Of a stretch of 64,000 bases of DNA, positions 50,959-63,797 are shown piece after piece (position 1 is the first letter of the stretch; each line of letters begins with the position of its first letter). Origin of the DNA: Paraphysomonas bandaiensis (lineage: Eukaryota; Protista; Chrysophyceae); assembly GCA_965644295.1 (NCBI GenBank), contig CBFFRP010000267.1, forward strand, positions 1-64,000, in the 5' to 3' direction. The translations under genes were made by a program, and so were the position numbers. The notes under the pieces are model-generated. The model was not told the DNA's origin and did not search any database. It worked only from the letters and a program-made list of their open reading frames with translations.

Positions 50959-51813
50959 ATGATGTTATCATAAATTGAGATATCACGTAGTGCTGTCAGC
51001 ATCTGGGGCATAGTATTACAGTAGTTACGGGAGTATATCGAAATCTTTTACAGAATTAATATTCACACACTTGAAGTTGAAGCTACGTCACCATCCTAAT
51101 TAATAAGTTGTTTCATATTGTCTTTTACTTACGACAGCGCAAAACATGTGCTTATTTATACCCTCTGTCAACGATCTATCGAGAGAAAGATATTGCTACT
51201 TTGAGCAATGACACACTTATGAAGATCCATCTTAATATACGATAGTATATGTGAATTGTGAATTATATTGGTCAATAAGATATATCACAAACTGAATTAA
51301 TGGTACTATCTGTTGAAGATTCATGATCGCCATTATAACGATCTGAATTGTCAGTTACATTTCTAACTATTCCGTTGTACGTGATAGTTATGTTCACCGT
51401 ACTTCGTACTTAAAGAATACATAATACAGTTTTCCATAAAAGGAGGTAGAATGACTATCTCTATGCAATTGTGTCTATTTTAGATACACACAGGCCGCAG
51501 GTAGAGATAAGTTTTTCATATATTCTGTATTATGTCTCTTCATTAGTATCGTAATAATATAATGAATAACATAGCAAGTTAGTGGAACTTGACGTAGTTC
51601 TCTCTGATATATTTCTTGTACAGACTGAAAACAAGAATATTATACTAATTTCTCTACTAGCGTATACAGCCTTAACAATAAATAACTCTTTCATCATATG
51701 AATGTAGTGAGCAACAACAGTTATTAACTTCATAGATCCTCATAAAGCATACGCACTTAAGTATCATACATTCACTATCACATAGTACAGTGCCTGTTAT
51801 GGCACCCGTAATT

Positions 51814-53335
51814 TTATTTCGCAGGGCTCTTCAACGCCCTAAGCTGCTCGCCTTTTTTGTGCAGTCGTTGAATGACAGACACCAGCTCACGAGACCTCTC
51901 CTCAGTGTTACCAGTAGGTGAAGAAGACAGTATTTGCTGGTATTGCGCATTCAGGGCCTGGAACTCTTCCTCCAAGGCATCGATAACGGACTGGAGTTCG
52001 TTAGCTCCCTTTCCATGGCTATCAGTGGGAGAGGGAGTGACGTCTGATTGAGTCTGCTGCATATCTGCTGACGACAAGTTATACTTCTTTTCAAAGAGAT
52101 CCAAGTCAAGAGAACTCGGATGCTCAACATCACCACCCAGACTGCTCACAGAACGCCCCTCTAGCTTTCTCCCCTTGATACGTGTGGTTTTCTTTCCAGC
52201 AGACGATGGGCGGGAGGCGTTCTTGACCTTACCCATGTTTTTACCAGTAATACTACTTGCAATCGACACATACATATCATGCATACTTTGAAGCCTTTCG
52301 GCAGTCTGCGCATTTTCCGAGGCCACGGAGGCATTACGTCGTAGCTCTATGGACCGGGATCGCCGTAACTCCTCAGCAGCAGCAGCTTTCGCATCTGTTG
52401 ATGCTGTACCTAGAGTGGCAGCACGAGGAACAACATTCCGAGTTCGAGATGTTGTTTTTTTCTTCTTTTTGGTGGCTGTGGTAGTGGATGCTGATGCTGA
52501 TTTCGTTGTCTTTTTCCCTCTGGTAGTCATCTGATTAGATAGTTGAGACACCAAAGATTCGTTGACGGAAAGAAGCTGGCCAACCAAGTGGTCGAGTTCA
52601 ACAAGCTTGGCCTCCTTTTCCACTCTCAATATAGATGAATCTGACATCTCATGGCTCAAAGAGTCCATTTTAACTTTCAACTTGTGCATTTCTTCCTCGT
52701 GTCTTTTGCTTTCCCACAACATTGCAGTAGATAGGTCTGTGACGTAATTTGCAGTGAGCACTAACAATTCGATAACTAACTATATCATTACCTTTTTCTT
52801 TTTGGTGAGCTTGCTGCAGTTTAACTTCCAGCTGAGATATTTGATCCTCTAACTCAGATAATTTATCATCATTTCCCTTCTTAGAGGATTCTAATTGACT
52901 TATTTCTGCTGACAACTCATGAACCTCGTCTTGAAGGTGTTCATTCTTTCTCTCAAGTTGCTGAATCTTTGTCTCCATTTCAGTTTTTTCTCCAAGAACT
53001 TTTTCATATTGGAGTCGAGCTTCTTGAAGATTCTTCTGACTATGAAGTGCATCTCTCTCTTTAGCATGACCAGCTTCAATCTCTTGTGCTTTTAACTGAC
53101 TCCTTAAATGAGCCGCGTCATCAAGTGCTTGTGTTTTTTCAATTTCAAGTCGTCTGATTTTATCTTGAAGGGCTCGAAGTGCTGCAAGAACAGATTTTGA
53201 ACTAGATGCAGTTGTATGAATAGAAGATGCTCCGGATACAGCACTATTAAATGATTTATTAAGTGGACTGCCTGGATGCCCTTTATCTCCTCCATCAAAC
53301 TCAATTGAATGCCCAGACTCATCGTATCGGAGCAT
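51814..53335 (-). CDS. CEP57: CEP57-like centrosomal coiled-coil protein; 2 exons
   Basis: SVLAALRALQDKIRRLEIEK (Cep57 centrosome-localisation-like) and C-terminal IDALEEEFQALNAQYQQ...LHKKGEQLRAL (Cep57 microtubule-binding-like). Confidence 0.75.
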
Positions 53336-54262
53336 TGATAAGATCAAGTATGAATGTTATCAATGAAGAGTAATATGTATGTCTTGGTGTTATATCTAGA
53401 TGAGTGATTGAGATGGTAGTCAAGTTACAAGCAAGTGTTTCTGTTAGCTTAATAATCCATCAATCTAACTGTATATAACTCTGGATGTATGTGTATGTAT
53501 AGATGTATGGATTGTATCTACAGTAGTATGTATGTATGTGTATATGTATGGAAGGAAATGTTAACGATTCGATTTTTTTTAATTGAAATTAACGGTTTTT
53601 TTGATATACCTACACAGCAACCATTTGACGATAGAAAAAAAAGCAACTCAATTCAGCGAATCAATATCTGCTGCTGATGAGTATAATATATGAGCTGTGA
53701 TAACCTCGGTGTGTGTGAGAAGTTAAGGATGTCTGCATGCTATAGAAAATGATATAGTTCAAGGAAATTCCTAGTGGACTCTTACTTGATCACAAGTAAA
53801 ATAGGAGAGTGGACAATATATTACAGTGAACATAGTATACTTATCCTTGAGCTACGACGAAACAAGTGAAAAACCACACTACAAGATCCCATTCCATTGT
53901 TTTTTCCCCAATATTTCGTAAAAAAATCAATTAATTTTTTAATCTAATATCTAAAAAAACACCAAAAATCTATACACTACTTTGGACATACTACATGGAG
54001 GTATGGATAGATACGTATCATCCTATACTACATACGTATTCCAGGTAGTATCCACTAGTCCTATCGAAGTCGTATAGAAAGTGTAGGAACCGAATCTTGT
54101 GCTTTTTTTTTTATTGCATAAATATACGTATCGTTCGATACATACGACCTCTCTCAGTATATATATGCATCTCTCTGTATATATGCATATATGTGTTCTC
54201 TTATTAAGGAATAAGCTGCATATAGCTGCTATTACTATTTAATAAACAATATTGATATACCA

Positions 54263-54366
54263 ATGGAATTTTTTGGACTTACTGGAGCAGCTGAATTGAA
54301 TACACCAGCCGGCCAGATTGTTAAATCTGGAACAGATGCTCTCCTATTGGTTAGTTAGACACACAC

Positions 54367-54401
<35 letters not shown>

Positions 54402-55810
54402 ATTATATTGTTATTCAGGGACCTGATTGGTCAAAGAATATGGAGTTATGTGATCATATTAATTCCCGTAATGATGGGTAAGATGATGGGAGTATTGGTT
54501 GTTGTGTTGATATATATATGTATAGCGCGGATGCTGTGAAGGCAATACAATATCAATTAAGAAACTCAGATCCTAAAGTTGTAGGATTAGCGTTAACAAT
54601 GATAGAGACTTGTGTGAAGAATTGTGTTGCGGTTCCGCAATTAATCAACAGAAGTTTTATGGAAGAAATGTATAATATCGCCAATGGACGGAAGGGATTT
54701 CACAACCAGGAGGAGGCTCTGCGTTTAATTCAGTTGTGGGGAAGAACATACGAACGAAAGCGGAATGAGCTACCGATCTTCTTTGATACATACATGGCAA
54801 TGAAGACAAGAGGGGTGCGGTTTCCTGAGGAGCATGATATCGATCCTTCTCAGTTAGAGGCTCGCCCAGCGTGAGTATGGATACCGCTATTATATCAATA
54901 TACTAAACACGAATCATGTTATAGTCGTGGAGCCGACAGCGGAATGTCTAGCTCTGTTACACAGGCTGTTTCCGCTCAGGAAAATCAGTCGAACAAACTT
55001 CGTAGTGACCTTAGCGTTGTTTTGGAGAAGGTGCGACTCTGCCGTGAGATGCTCCCTGAGAGCCCTGGCATCCACCAGGATGAAACTCTTGCTGAGGTGG
55101 TGGGCTTTCTGGAGGCATGTCAGGAGAGAATGATTGACCTCATAGAAGCGGGTACCCAGGGTCTACTATCAGAGGACATGTTCGAGCTCACGCTGCGAGT
55201 GAACGATGCTGTCCTACGTACCTTGGAGGCTGAGAAAACCGGCACATCTATACCTGTAGAAGATGAGACCACTGCGCCAGTGAGTGCTAAAGGAAGCGAT
55301 AATCAGCCCAAAGCGGCAGCGGTAATAGTGTGAATACCGTTACTGATGTATATTTTTGACATGTACCGTGCATAGGTGGAAGACGAAGCCGATGAATTTG
55401 CTCAATTAACTCTTAAAACAGTTAAACCCGCATCTGCCAAAAAGGCCCCTGTGGCCCTAAAGGCACCTACCTCTCAGAAAAAATCGACATCTACAACTGG
55501 AGGTAAACTACCACCTCCTCCTCGAGCATCAGGCGGACTACAAGTTCCATCTGCCCCTGCGGCCAAGCCGGTCGAAGAGGATGATTTACTGAGCATGAGT
55601 ATGACACCATCGGCTGCACCCTCGCAGACACAACAGGCACCCCCTCCTCCTAAGCCGTCATCTGCAGACGACGATTTTGCTACACTTTTTGGGTCTAGTT
55701 CTTCCAGTCGCCCTGCTGATTCGGAACAGAATCAATCTGCCCAATCCGCTGCTGAGATGACAGATGACGAGTTTGAGAAGTTTCTAAACAGCGTTGGCAC
55801 ATCTAAATAA
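54263..55810 (+). CDS. TOM1-like VHS-GAT protein; multi-exon
   Basis: VHS (PDWSKNMELCDHIN, ALTMIETCVKNC, RGVRFP), GAT (EKVRLCREML...LRVNDAVLRTL), Pro-rich tail with DDLL/DDF-type adaptor motifs. Confidence 0.9.
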
Positions 55811-56031
55811 TTCAAGACGTTTGAGAGAGGAAGGGTCCAATGCACTTAGCCTAATGTTTTCGACAGTTAATTTATCGTAATGTTGTACTTAGCGTAGTAG
55901 AATATAGCTATTTAATGGCGTATAGCAATAAGAGTGAAGTTATCGCATCGGTGTTGCTGATAATTAAATTTTCACCACATTTGTTTACACTTTTTGGAAT
56001 CTGACAGTGTATTTTTGCAATGAATAAATTA

Positions 56032-56650
56032 CAGGGCCGTGTAAAAATTAATTGCATGTACGTAATAATTGCAATATAATCGCTCGCTAGAAGGTTGCAA
56101 TTAAATTGCAAGTACTTGGCAAGTATTTACTATTTAGAATTAGAGCTCTGAAAGCATTGAGGATGATGGCCGTTTATCGTCCTAAATGGCCATCACTCTT
56201 AACGGTGGGAAGGTTGGCCTCTCATTATAAATTTGTTTACATTTTGAAAGTACTGTTTCTTTGTACAGTCAATTACGTTTCTTTCCTCTTGAGAGCTCCC
56301 AGACTAAGTTCAGATCGATCCATAGCCTATACGTAATGCTCAATACTCAATACCCTTCTAGTTTTTAGATAAATATCTATAAGTAGTATGGCAATCATAT
56401 TATTGCCAACCTGAACAAGTGCATGTTTGGCGACGAAGTCAACGAATTAATTCCTAATGAAGTGACACATGCTAAATTCAAGAATTGAAAGCAGAGTCTA
56501 GAGAATTCCAAAAATTTTCTATACCATGAGGACAGAGTTATGAATCATACCTTTTCAAAAATGCTGTCGTGAAAGTCCAAAGCTGATTGGAGGACACTCT
56601 AACTGAATCTGAGAAGGCGCAGCTCAAACTTTTTCTGCTGCGGTGACGCA
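56032..56650 (+). mobile_element. Second, more decayed hAT-family remnant related to the element at 22709-23772
   Basis: 5' end CAGGGCCGTGTAAAAATTAATTGC resembles the TIR CAGGCTTGCGTAAAAAATTAATTGG; AATTGCAA subterminal repeats; 56560-56640 reads NAVVKVQS*LEDTLTESEKAQLKLFLL, homologous to RAVVKIQRCREEELNRAEKAQVRRFLI; right end and TSD not found. Confidence 0.65.
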
Positions 56651-56958
56651 TATGAAGTTTTCGTAGCGCCAAGTAGAAGGATATCAGAGTTAAGCACTAG
56701 TTAGTGGTGAAATTGTTTTATTACATTTGTTCTGATTACTAATTTCTAATTTTAAGTAACAAAGAGCGCATAGTTGCCTCACAAACCCAATACCATATTT
56801 CAAAACTGCGCCAATGTTAATAACGCTTATAATAATATGAATATTACTAAAGGTATCTTATACTCGATGGTGACCACCAGAGTACTTGTAACTAGTTTTC
56901 CAACGTTTTCTTTATGAAATATGACAAAATACTGGAAGTATATATTTCTCTGTAAATT

Positions 56959-58212
56959 TTAATTAGCACCACCAGCCGTTATCAGTGACGACAATAAAAT
57001 TTCTTCTCCCACGGCCCCTGATTGCATCATTTTTTCCATGTAACTAGTTCCTGACTCTAATATGTAGAGGCCCATATCAGTGGGATTAAGCATGTATATA
57101 ATGCCTAGGGTGAATGGAAATTTCCCCCCTGGAACGAAGCAGGGAGAGTGCATAATGTGACGACAGGGGGAAGAAATCTCGGGATGTGAAACCTCCAGGT
57201 CAATGTGACTATAGAAGCTTGCCCAATTAGTGATCATACTGACCCGAGCCCTTGCTCTGGAGATGAAGCCTGGATAAAGGGCAGCCGAGGGTGTAACCGT
57301 GCGACGCAATGGAGAAGCAACAGAAGTGCGTATGAGAGAAGAAGTTGCATAATCTGGCTTATTATACCCAACAAGTCCCTGATAGTTCCCTGCGTGGCAT
57401 TCACCCAAGCCTTCTACCCTGGATCTGAAATTAGCAACCATCAGTCCAACATCAGCTCCTGTGGCTTCAAGAAAAGTACTTGTCAATACGTCGTTCGTAG
57501 ATACAAACCCAGTAGATGAAGATGCAGCACATTTCTCTTTTTGGGAGTTCACCCAATTTTGTTTCACTTTTCGGTTTTTCAGGGTGCATGGTTTGCCCCA
57601 CACAAACTTGCTGACAAAGTTAACCAATGTTCCCAAGGACTTCATATACCCTTCCTCATCGGCGGTCAGTTCTGCGATCCTCTCACAAGCCCACAGATTG
57701 CGTTCCACTTGTAATGCAAACGGTTTTGTGTGTGGATTCAGCATACCGTATAGGTTATAGAAAGTATGACCGTCCCCTACAGCGTGGGAGAGTGAAAATA
57801 CAATTGCGAAAGTGGACTCAGAGAGACGGACAACTGTGATTAGAACAATAGGTTCGTCTTCATTCACACACACCCGTCCTATCTTAACAGCGTACTTTCC
57901 AAGCCAACTTATATCATCTTCACATCTGTTGGAATCATGCTCCCTGTTTTCAATCTTTAGAATGGAATCGACTTGAAAAGTTTCCATATCAGTAGAATAC
58001 TTTAAACACACTTTTCCGCCCTCGTCCACAATCCTTGACGATAACCAAGGGTTAAGTTCAACCATATTTTTGACTCTGCTGCACAAGTACTCGATGGGTG
58101 GGGTGCCCTGATAAAAGGTAACAGTTGTCTGACTGTTTAAGCCCATGAGGTCAGTGGCCTCTTTATCGCACAACTGCACGAGATTGACGCCTCTGTCGAG
58201 TTCTTTAGCCAT
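56959..58212 (-). CDS. CoA-dependent acyltransferase-fold (HxxxD) protein
   Basis: Intronless 417-aa ORF with FSLSHAVGDGHTFY catalytic-type motif, NPWLSSRI, VSTNDVLTS, ANFRSR. Confidence 0.8.
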   Translation of the reverse strand: MAKELDRGVNLVQLCDKEATDLMGLNSQTTVTFYQGTPPIEYLCSRVKNMVELNPWLSSRIVDEGGKVCLKYSTDMETFQVDSILKIENREHDSNRCEDDISWLGKYAVKIGRVCVNEDEPIVLITVVRLSESTFAIVFSLSHAVGDGHTFYNLYGMLNPHTKPFALQVERNLWACERIAELTADEEGYMKSLGTLVNFVSKFVWGKPCTLKNRKVKQNWVNSQKEKCAASSSTGFVSTNDVLTSTFLEATGADVGLMVANFRSRVEGLGECHAGNYQGLVGYNKPDYATSSLIRTSVASPLRRTVTPSAALYPGFISRARARVSMITNWASFYSHIDLEVSHPEISSPCRHIMHSPCFVPGGKFPFTLGIIYMLNPTDMGLYILESGTSYMEKMMQSGAVGEEILLSSLITAGGAN

Positions 58213-58899
58213 GATGATATAAGTAACACAATAGTGATTCCATGTGATAATTGTATCATATGAAGAGGTTTGTTAGGGGTGGATTGACGGTTGGATTTGA
58301 TTATCATTCCAACGATTGGGTTGCAACTGTATTATGATCTACAGAAGATGATGTCCTATTGTAGGAGCCCTTATGCAGCATGACGGTTACTGAAAGACAA
58401 TGTCTTTTGCATGGTACGTATGGTACTGAGCTGGAACCATATATGTTACTCCAGTGTAAGTAGAGGGAGCTACTTCCACATAGTAGAGTCGGCTGTATAT
58501 ATGCATATACATACACATTCATATATATATACACTACATACGGGCGTATATATACATACATACCTCTGTACGATACTTCTATGTATACAATACTGTATTC
58601 TATGGTATTTTGCTATCTCGTGCTCCTGCCTGGACATGCATACTGAGGCCAGTGCCCCCCATCAGGGTCAGCCCAAGTATTGGTTGGAACGGTTAAAAGC
58701 CTAGCAATTGAATGCTTTCATATCTATATCTTGAAATGCAATATCTGTTGCATGATCGAAGCAATCTATACATGCATAAGACACCTGACATAAGATGAAA
58801 GGCATCTATTATGTATTAGTACTGAGAGCTTTCTATTAAACACTTATACTTACGGTGATACACTTGGATTACATCATATCAGAGCATTAATCATATATA

Positions 58900-59475
58900 T
58901 TCAGTAGAATGATAGGCGGTTCATCTGTGGAGGTTTACAATAAGAGTAAAGGTAGAGTTTATATTCACGACCTACGATATTTCGACCCTCAACAAAGTCG
59001 GACTCGCACCTTTTCGTGGTGTTCTGGGGGATAAGTACCGGAGAGATTCTCTCTGGGAAACTAACGTGAGCCGAAAACATAGTCAGCAGATATTCTTCTG
59101 CCCGCTCATAGCCGAATGCTTGTGTGGTACAAGGGACACCAATAAGTGTCACTTGTGTAGACGTCTTTGGGCCCTGACGAATAAACAGGCATCACGGAAT
59201 AGGCCCACCTCAAGGGTAACCGGGGTATTGGGCTGCCTGCTGAAGTCAAGCATCCGGGCTGTTCACCTTAAGAGCTCAGAGCGGAAGTGGTCGCACCTTG
59301 ATGCTTACGGCGACGCACAAGCAGCTTCCGTAGCGTTAAATAGTAGGATAAAAAAAGTGAGTACTGATTAGTTACAGGTAGAGGTCTAACTAGTTTGTCT
59401 AGCATTCATCTAGCTACTATAAGTTGGTGCAGGTTTTTAATGCCTATTGCTAATAATAAGACTATGAATATATAC
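58900..59475 (+). mobile_element. Decayed 3' portion of a probable RLE-type (CRE-like) non-LTR retrotransposon
   Basis: Last ~190 bp match the TSD-flanked insert at 41623-41796; upstream frameshifted fragments (VEVYNKSKGRVLY..D..FDP, AENIVSRY, VDVFG) follow the order of restriction-like endonuclease motifs. Confidence 0.5.
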
Positions 59476-60115
59476 GATATTTCGATATCATCTGAGCCAT
59501 ATACAATTGCTGAAAAAAACTGCCGTGCCAACCACCAGATGACTAGGATACTATTTTCATTATTGAAGTAAGCTACGTTTCTTATATAGAGGTGCAAAAA
59601 ACAATAAAATAATATTTTGAAATGGCAGAGACGTTTCTACTTGACAATCAGTACAGCAGCTTATCGCCAAGTACACAGTATATGATATATATAGCACTGT
59701 AAATGCCGTTTAGAGTGTACTATAAATATTACACATACTTATCTCTATCCTTTAATACTTTCACATTCCCTTGCTTTGTAAGGTTAGGTCAGCACTTGTC
59801 TATCCTTGATATTACCTCAACAAGACATTAACGTTTCGTATTAAAACAGTTTATATAATATATTGCAAGTAAAACTAAATTTTTCAATAGTTTACCAAAA
59901 GCAGAGACAGAATTAGAATTATACTTCAAAATACATAAAGAGTACTATAGAACCTATCCAAATAGAAAAGAGAAATATCAAATAAGTATGGAGATGACAC
60001 ACTGAAAAATCTTCAGTTTAAGACATGAATCAGTCAGAATAAGAGTTATCTACTGTTGTAGCTGTATGAAAATATACACAGCCCGCAGATATAGTAGTGT
60101 AAAAATCATGTATAC

Positions 60116-60655
60116 TCAAGCTTTTTCTTCTAGCAGCGCTGATTCGTCTATACCTGTCCAGTCATCACTGTTTATATTAATTTCTTGTAACGCGGGAAAA
60201 AAATTTCCTGTTGGTGTGTGTTGAGCGTTGTCGATATCAGGATCATCACTGGAACTGCTACGCTGGTCATCTATGCTGCAGAACACACGATAGCACGACC
60301 TCCACGGGAGCAAAGCAAAGAAACACAATAGCAACCATGCTATAGTTAACTCATTAGATTATGTAAAGTATCACATTAATCTTAAGTACCTATCATTACA
60401 ATAACATCCGATCCCATTGCAATCCCTGATCTACATAAGCATTAAGATAACAAGAGATACACAGCCCACCAAAAGACAAAGAATTTATCCATATTAATAA
60501 AGGAAACCTTCTTTTCAACAGGAATATATCAGGGCTAGAAGGAGTGTAATCATATAGAACTAACTCTTCTATTATATATATATATATGTATGTGTATGAT
60601 CGCTTCTATATTCTGATATGGACACACCATAACGTTGAAGTGTATACTCTACATA
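60116..60655 (-). CDS. Small uncharacterised single-pass membrane protein; 5' end uncertain
   Basis: Putative spliced frame ...YDYTPSSPDIFLLKRRSGIAMGSDVIVMIAWLLLCFFALLPWRSCYR...EEKA* using GT-AG introns. Confidence 0.45.
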
Positions 60656-61082
60656 CACTGTGTATTTTGTGTTGAAAAATCAAGGGTTTTTAATTATAGA
60701 TTTCTCTAGTTTTCAATTGTCTCCTTCTTACTGCTGCTTCTTCTCCCCCCATATATACACATACTGCAGTATGTCTACAGAGATTTCCATATATATATAT
60801 CATGCGGCATATTTCATACATAAGCCCCTTAGCCTATCCCATATATATACACGCACACTGGATCATATCACTCGATCTATACACTATAGTAAACTAACAT
60901 TACTGAACCTGTTCATGAAGGTCAAGAAAGGTCAGTTGAATTGCTACATGCAGTAGCAAACTATACATACAGTGATATCCAGTAACACACATACACACAC
61001 ATACACATACATATATACATATATATATATCAGTTAGCTGTAAGATTAACAGACAGAAGAAGTCTGATATCTCCCCACAAAC

Positions 61083-63797
61083 ATGACAACAAATCAAATT
61101 GCAAGAAATTTATTATATGAAGAAATAGCATCCGATAATATTAATATATTACGAGTCAGAGAGCTGTGCAGGTGACGTACATGTATAGACGTCTATGCAT
61201 ATATATATGGATATCTGCGTATATGTATATATATGTGTGTGGATATCTGCGTATATATGTAAAGACGTCTATGGATATCTGCGTATATGTCTATATATAT
61301 GTGTGTATATATGGTGGCCTCATGTGTGATATCATAACACTCATCCTGTTCTATAGAGATAATCCTGGTTTGGTTGCAAGTGGTGGGTTGAGAATAAGAG
61401 TATGGTCTATATTACTTCTTGGTGAAAGTGGTGCAGTTGGAGAGGATGTTGGTCTGATGAATCCACAGGAGCCTTGTGGTGAGATGCATGTTCTTGAGGC
61501 GGATGTGAAAAGAACGCGTGCTGGCATGGATAGTTTTCGGTCGTCTAGTTGGAGGCGCGGTTTGACTGATATTCTACAGATATTTTGCTTGTCGCACAAT
61601 ATCCAGTGAGTATAATGCTTTTATGCTCCGTACTCTACTAATTGCTGATTAAGGTACAAACAAGGAATGAATGAAGTTGCTGCACCCTTCCTATATCTCA
61701 ACCCTCCACCGCATGGAGAAGCTCTCTCTTTTGTGTTATTTGAGGCATTTGTGTGCCGATATCTTGAAAACTTCTTTTGCAAAGATGACTCAGCGTACTT
61801 ATTTAAGGTGTGTTTGATTTTATTTTTTCAGTGAGCTTTCATTTAAAAGCACCGCAGGCGTTTCGTATGTTTCATTTACTCCTGGTGTACGTGGATCCGC
61901 AGGTAGCCCGTGAAATTTCAACTCTATGCGCATTTTTAATTCCAGTGTGTATATTCCGCAATGTAGCTCGCGCAGCACTTACAAGAACAGCAATTCGTAC
62001 CAGAGTTGTACTCGCCGCAGTGGTTTCTTACTCTATACAGTCGTGGCCTTGACTTGCACCTAGTGCTTAGGCTGTGGGACATGATGATAGCTGTGGATGA
62101 CCCTGCATTCACATTCTTTGTTGGGCTTGCATTATTACGGTGAGAATATCTCATATGCTGCTTGATGTATGCACTCACGTCGTCACAGAGAGAAGAGGGA
62201 ACGTCTTCTTCTGGCCGACAGTTCTGACATTCCTGAAATTATATCAGACATGCACATTAGGGGAGAAGATGGCGTTGATGGACTAGTGCTTCTTGCACTT
62301 GAGCTCTACAGGAAGATTCCTAGGTGAGTAGTGGTCAGCTAACATATGCAAGAGTTACAGTGAAGTATCACAGGTGCTTCTTGCGCTACCTGCGTGTGTG
62401 TTGCGTACACACTCCAGAGCTCGCGCCCTTGCCCACACCTCGGTCAGTGTATTTTGCTCATACTTTTCGAAAATGACGTTTTACTAGGAAGCGAAGCTAT
62501 TCTGGTGGTGCACTTGTACCGGACGGGATGGCGGCTTTAAGAGCTGGAGAGGAGGCACGTACTGAATACACTTCGAGACGCACAGACGACGACTGTGATG
62601 CATATTCCCAAGCAATGGCCTGTCAGGTGATTTATTAAGTATTTTATGATCCTTACCCGTGCTCATTCTTTTGTGATACAGTCTGTGCGGAAATGCATGA
62701 TGCTTTCACCCTCTGAGTTCATATCCGCAGCGCTGCCAATCAGCACTGCTGAAACCGGAAACTCCAGTGAGGAGCCAGGCGATGTGGGCTCTAGTGCGAT
62801 ATCCTTTCGCGGACAGTCCCAAGAACACACCCAGATGGTTGTCATAGATATCAGATCTTCAGAAGAGGTGGACGTTAGCGGTGGAGGATCTCTTCCCACG
62901 TCCTTGCAGATGGAACCAGGTTTGAAGCTCCATTTATTTTGAATTATCGTGACGTCGAGTTTAGACTTCCTGGATCAACCAGATGCACTTGAAAAGTGGC
63001 TGGATCACTTTGATAGTATGCGTGGTCTTCCTATTTGCATTGTTGACATGCCTCCATCCCAAGCTTCTTCTGGAGCTCTCTGGAAACGACTGCTACTTGG
63101 TATATTTTACGATCGCTACCCTTTTGTACTAACTAGTTGATATAGGGCAGGGAGATGGCATCAGCCCAAACTCTGTTCAATATGGAGAGACAGCATTGCA
63201 GAGTCGTCTGTTTGGAGGGTTTCTTTCTAATGCTTTTACAAAGCCGCCATGGTGTTGTTTTTTGATGTGTTTGTTTCCCTAGTACTAATGTGTGTACTGT
63301 AGTGATGATCGTAGCCCGTTTCAAAAAGCAGAGATGGCCGCTATCGCAGACGACAGCTCCAGGTACGCTTTGCCTGATTAGAATTTATCATCTAAGATCT
63401 CGTATTTAGAGCTGCTGTTCGTTTAGCTGTCATGCTACAAAAACATAACTTCTCTCGGGTGGTAGTGTTGGACGGGGGATTCCCGGCATTAGTGTCACAG
63501 TTGTTTCAATCCCGTGGCAAAGTGGAGCCGGTGATCATTAATCATGACCATGACAAGTGGTCCAATTTCATAGTCATTTCTGGTCGCAGCCATTGTTCCA
63601 GTGATTTACAGGCTGCTCGAGAGGCACAGATTTTGAAGCGGAGCAAAAAGTACCCAATGAACTCTTCATTCAAAATGTCTCATGACCTGAGTGAAATGGA
63701 ATCTACTAATATAGCATTGGAGGTAGCTACTCGTTTAGGTCACAATCACATGCGAAAAATTCTGGAAGACAAAATGAAGTCAATACAACATAGATAG
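61083..63797 (+). CDS. TBC (Rab-GAP) plus rhodanese-domain protein, TBC1D23-like; many introns
   Basis: LRIRVWSILL, LEADVKRTR, YKQGMNEVAAPF, HLLLVYVDPQ, LRLWD; rhodanese-like VVIDIRS and VVVLDGGF. Confidence 0.85.
61186..61310. repeat. Short intronic minisatellite (GGATATCTGCGTATAT x3, AGACGTCTATG x2)
   Basis: Direct repeats visible in intron 1 of the TBC gene. Confidence 0.8.

Noticed and set aside
7337-55810. Ubiquitin-themed cluster (OTU1, HUWE1-like, TOM1-like)
   Set aside because: Spread over ~48 kb among unrelated housekeeping genes; these families are common, so chance is sufficient
58960-58990. HDLR as a tyrosine-recombinase motif
   Set aside because: Isolated four-residue match with no other catalytic motifs; the context fits a decayed retroelement better
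59160-59210. CTGACGA as a hammerhead ribozyme core
   Set aside because: No properly placed stem II, GAAA and cleavage triplet could be built around it
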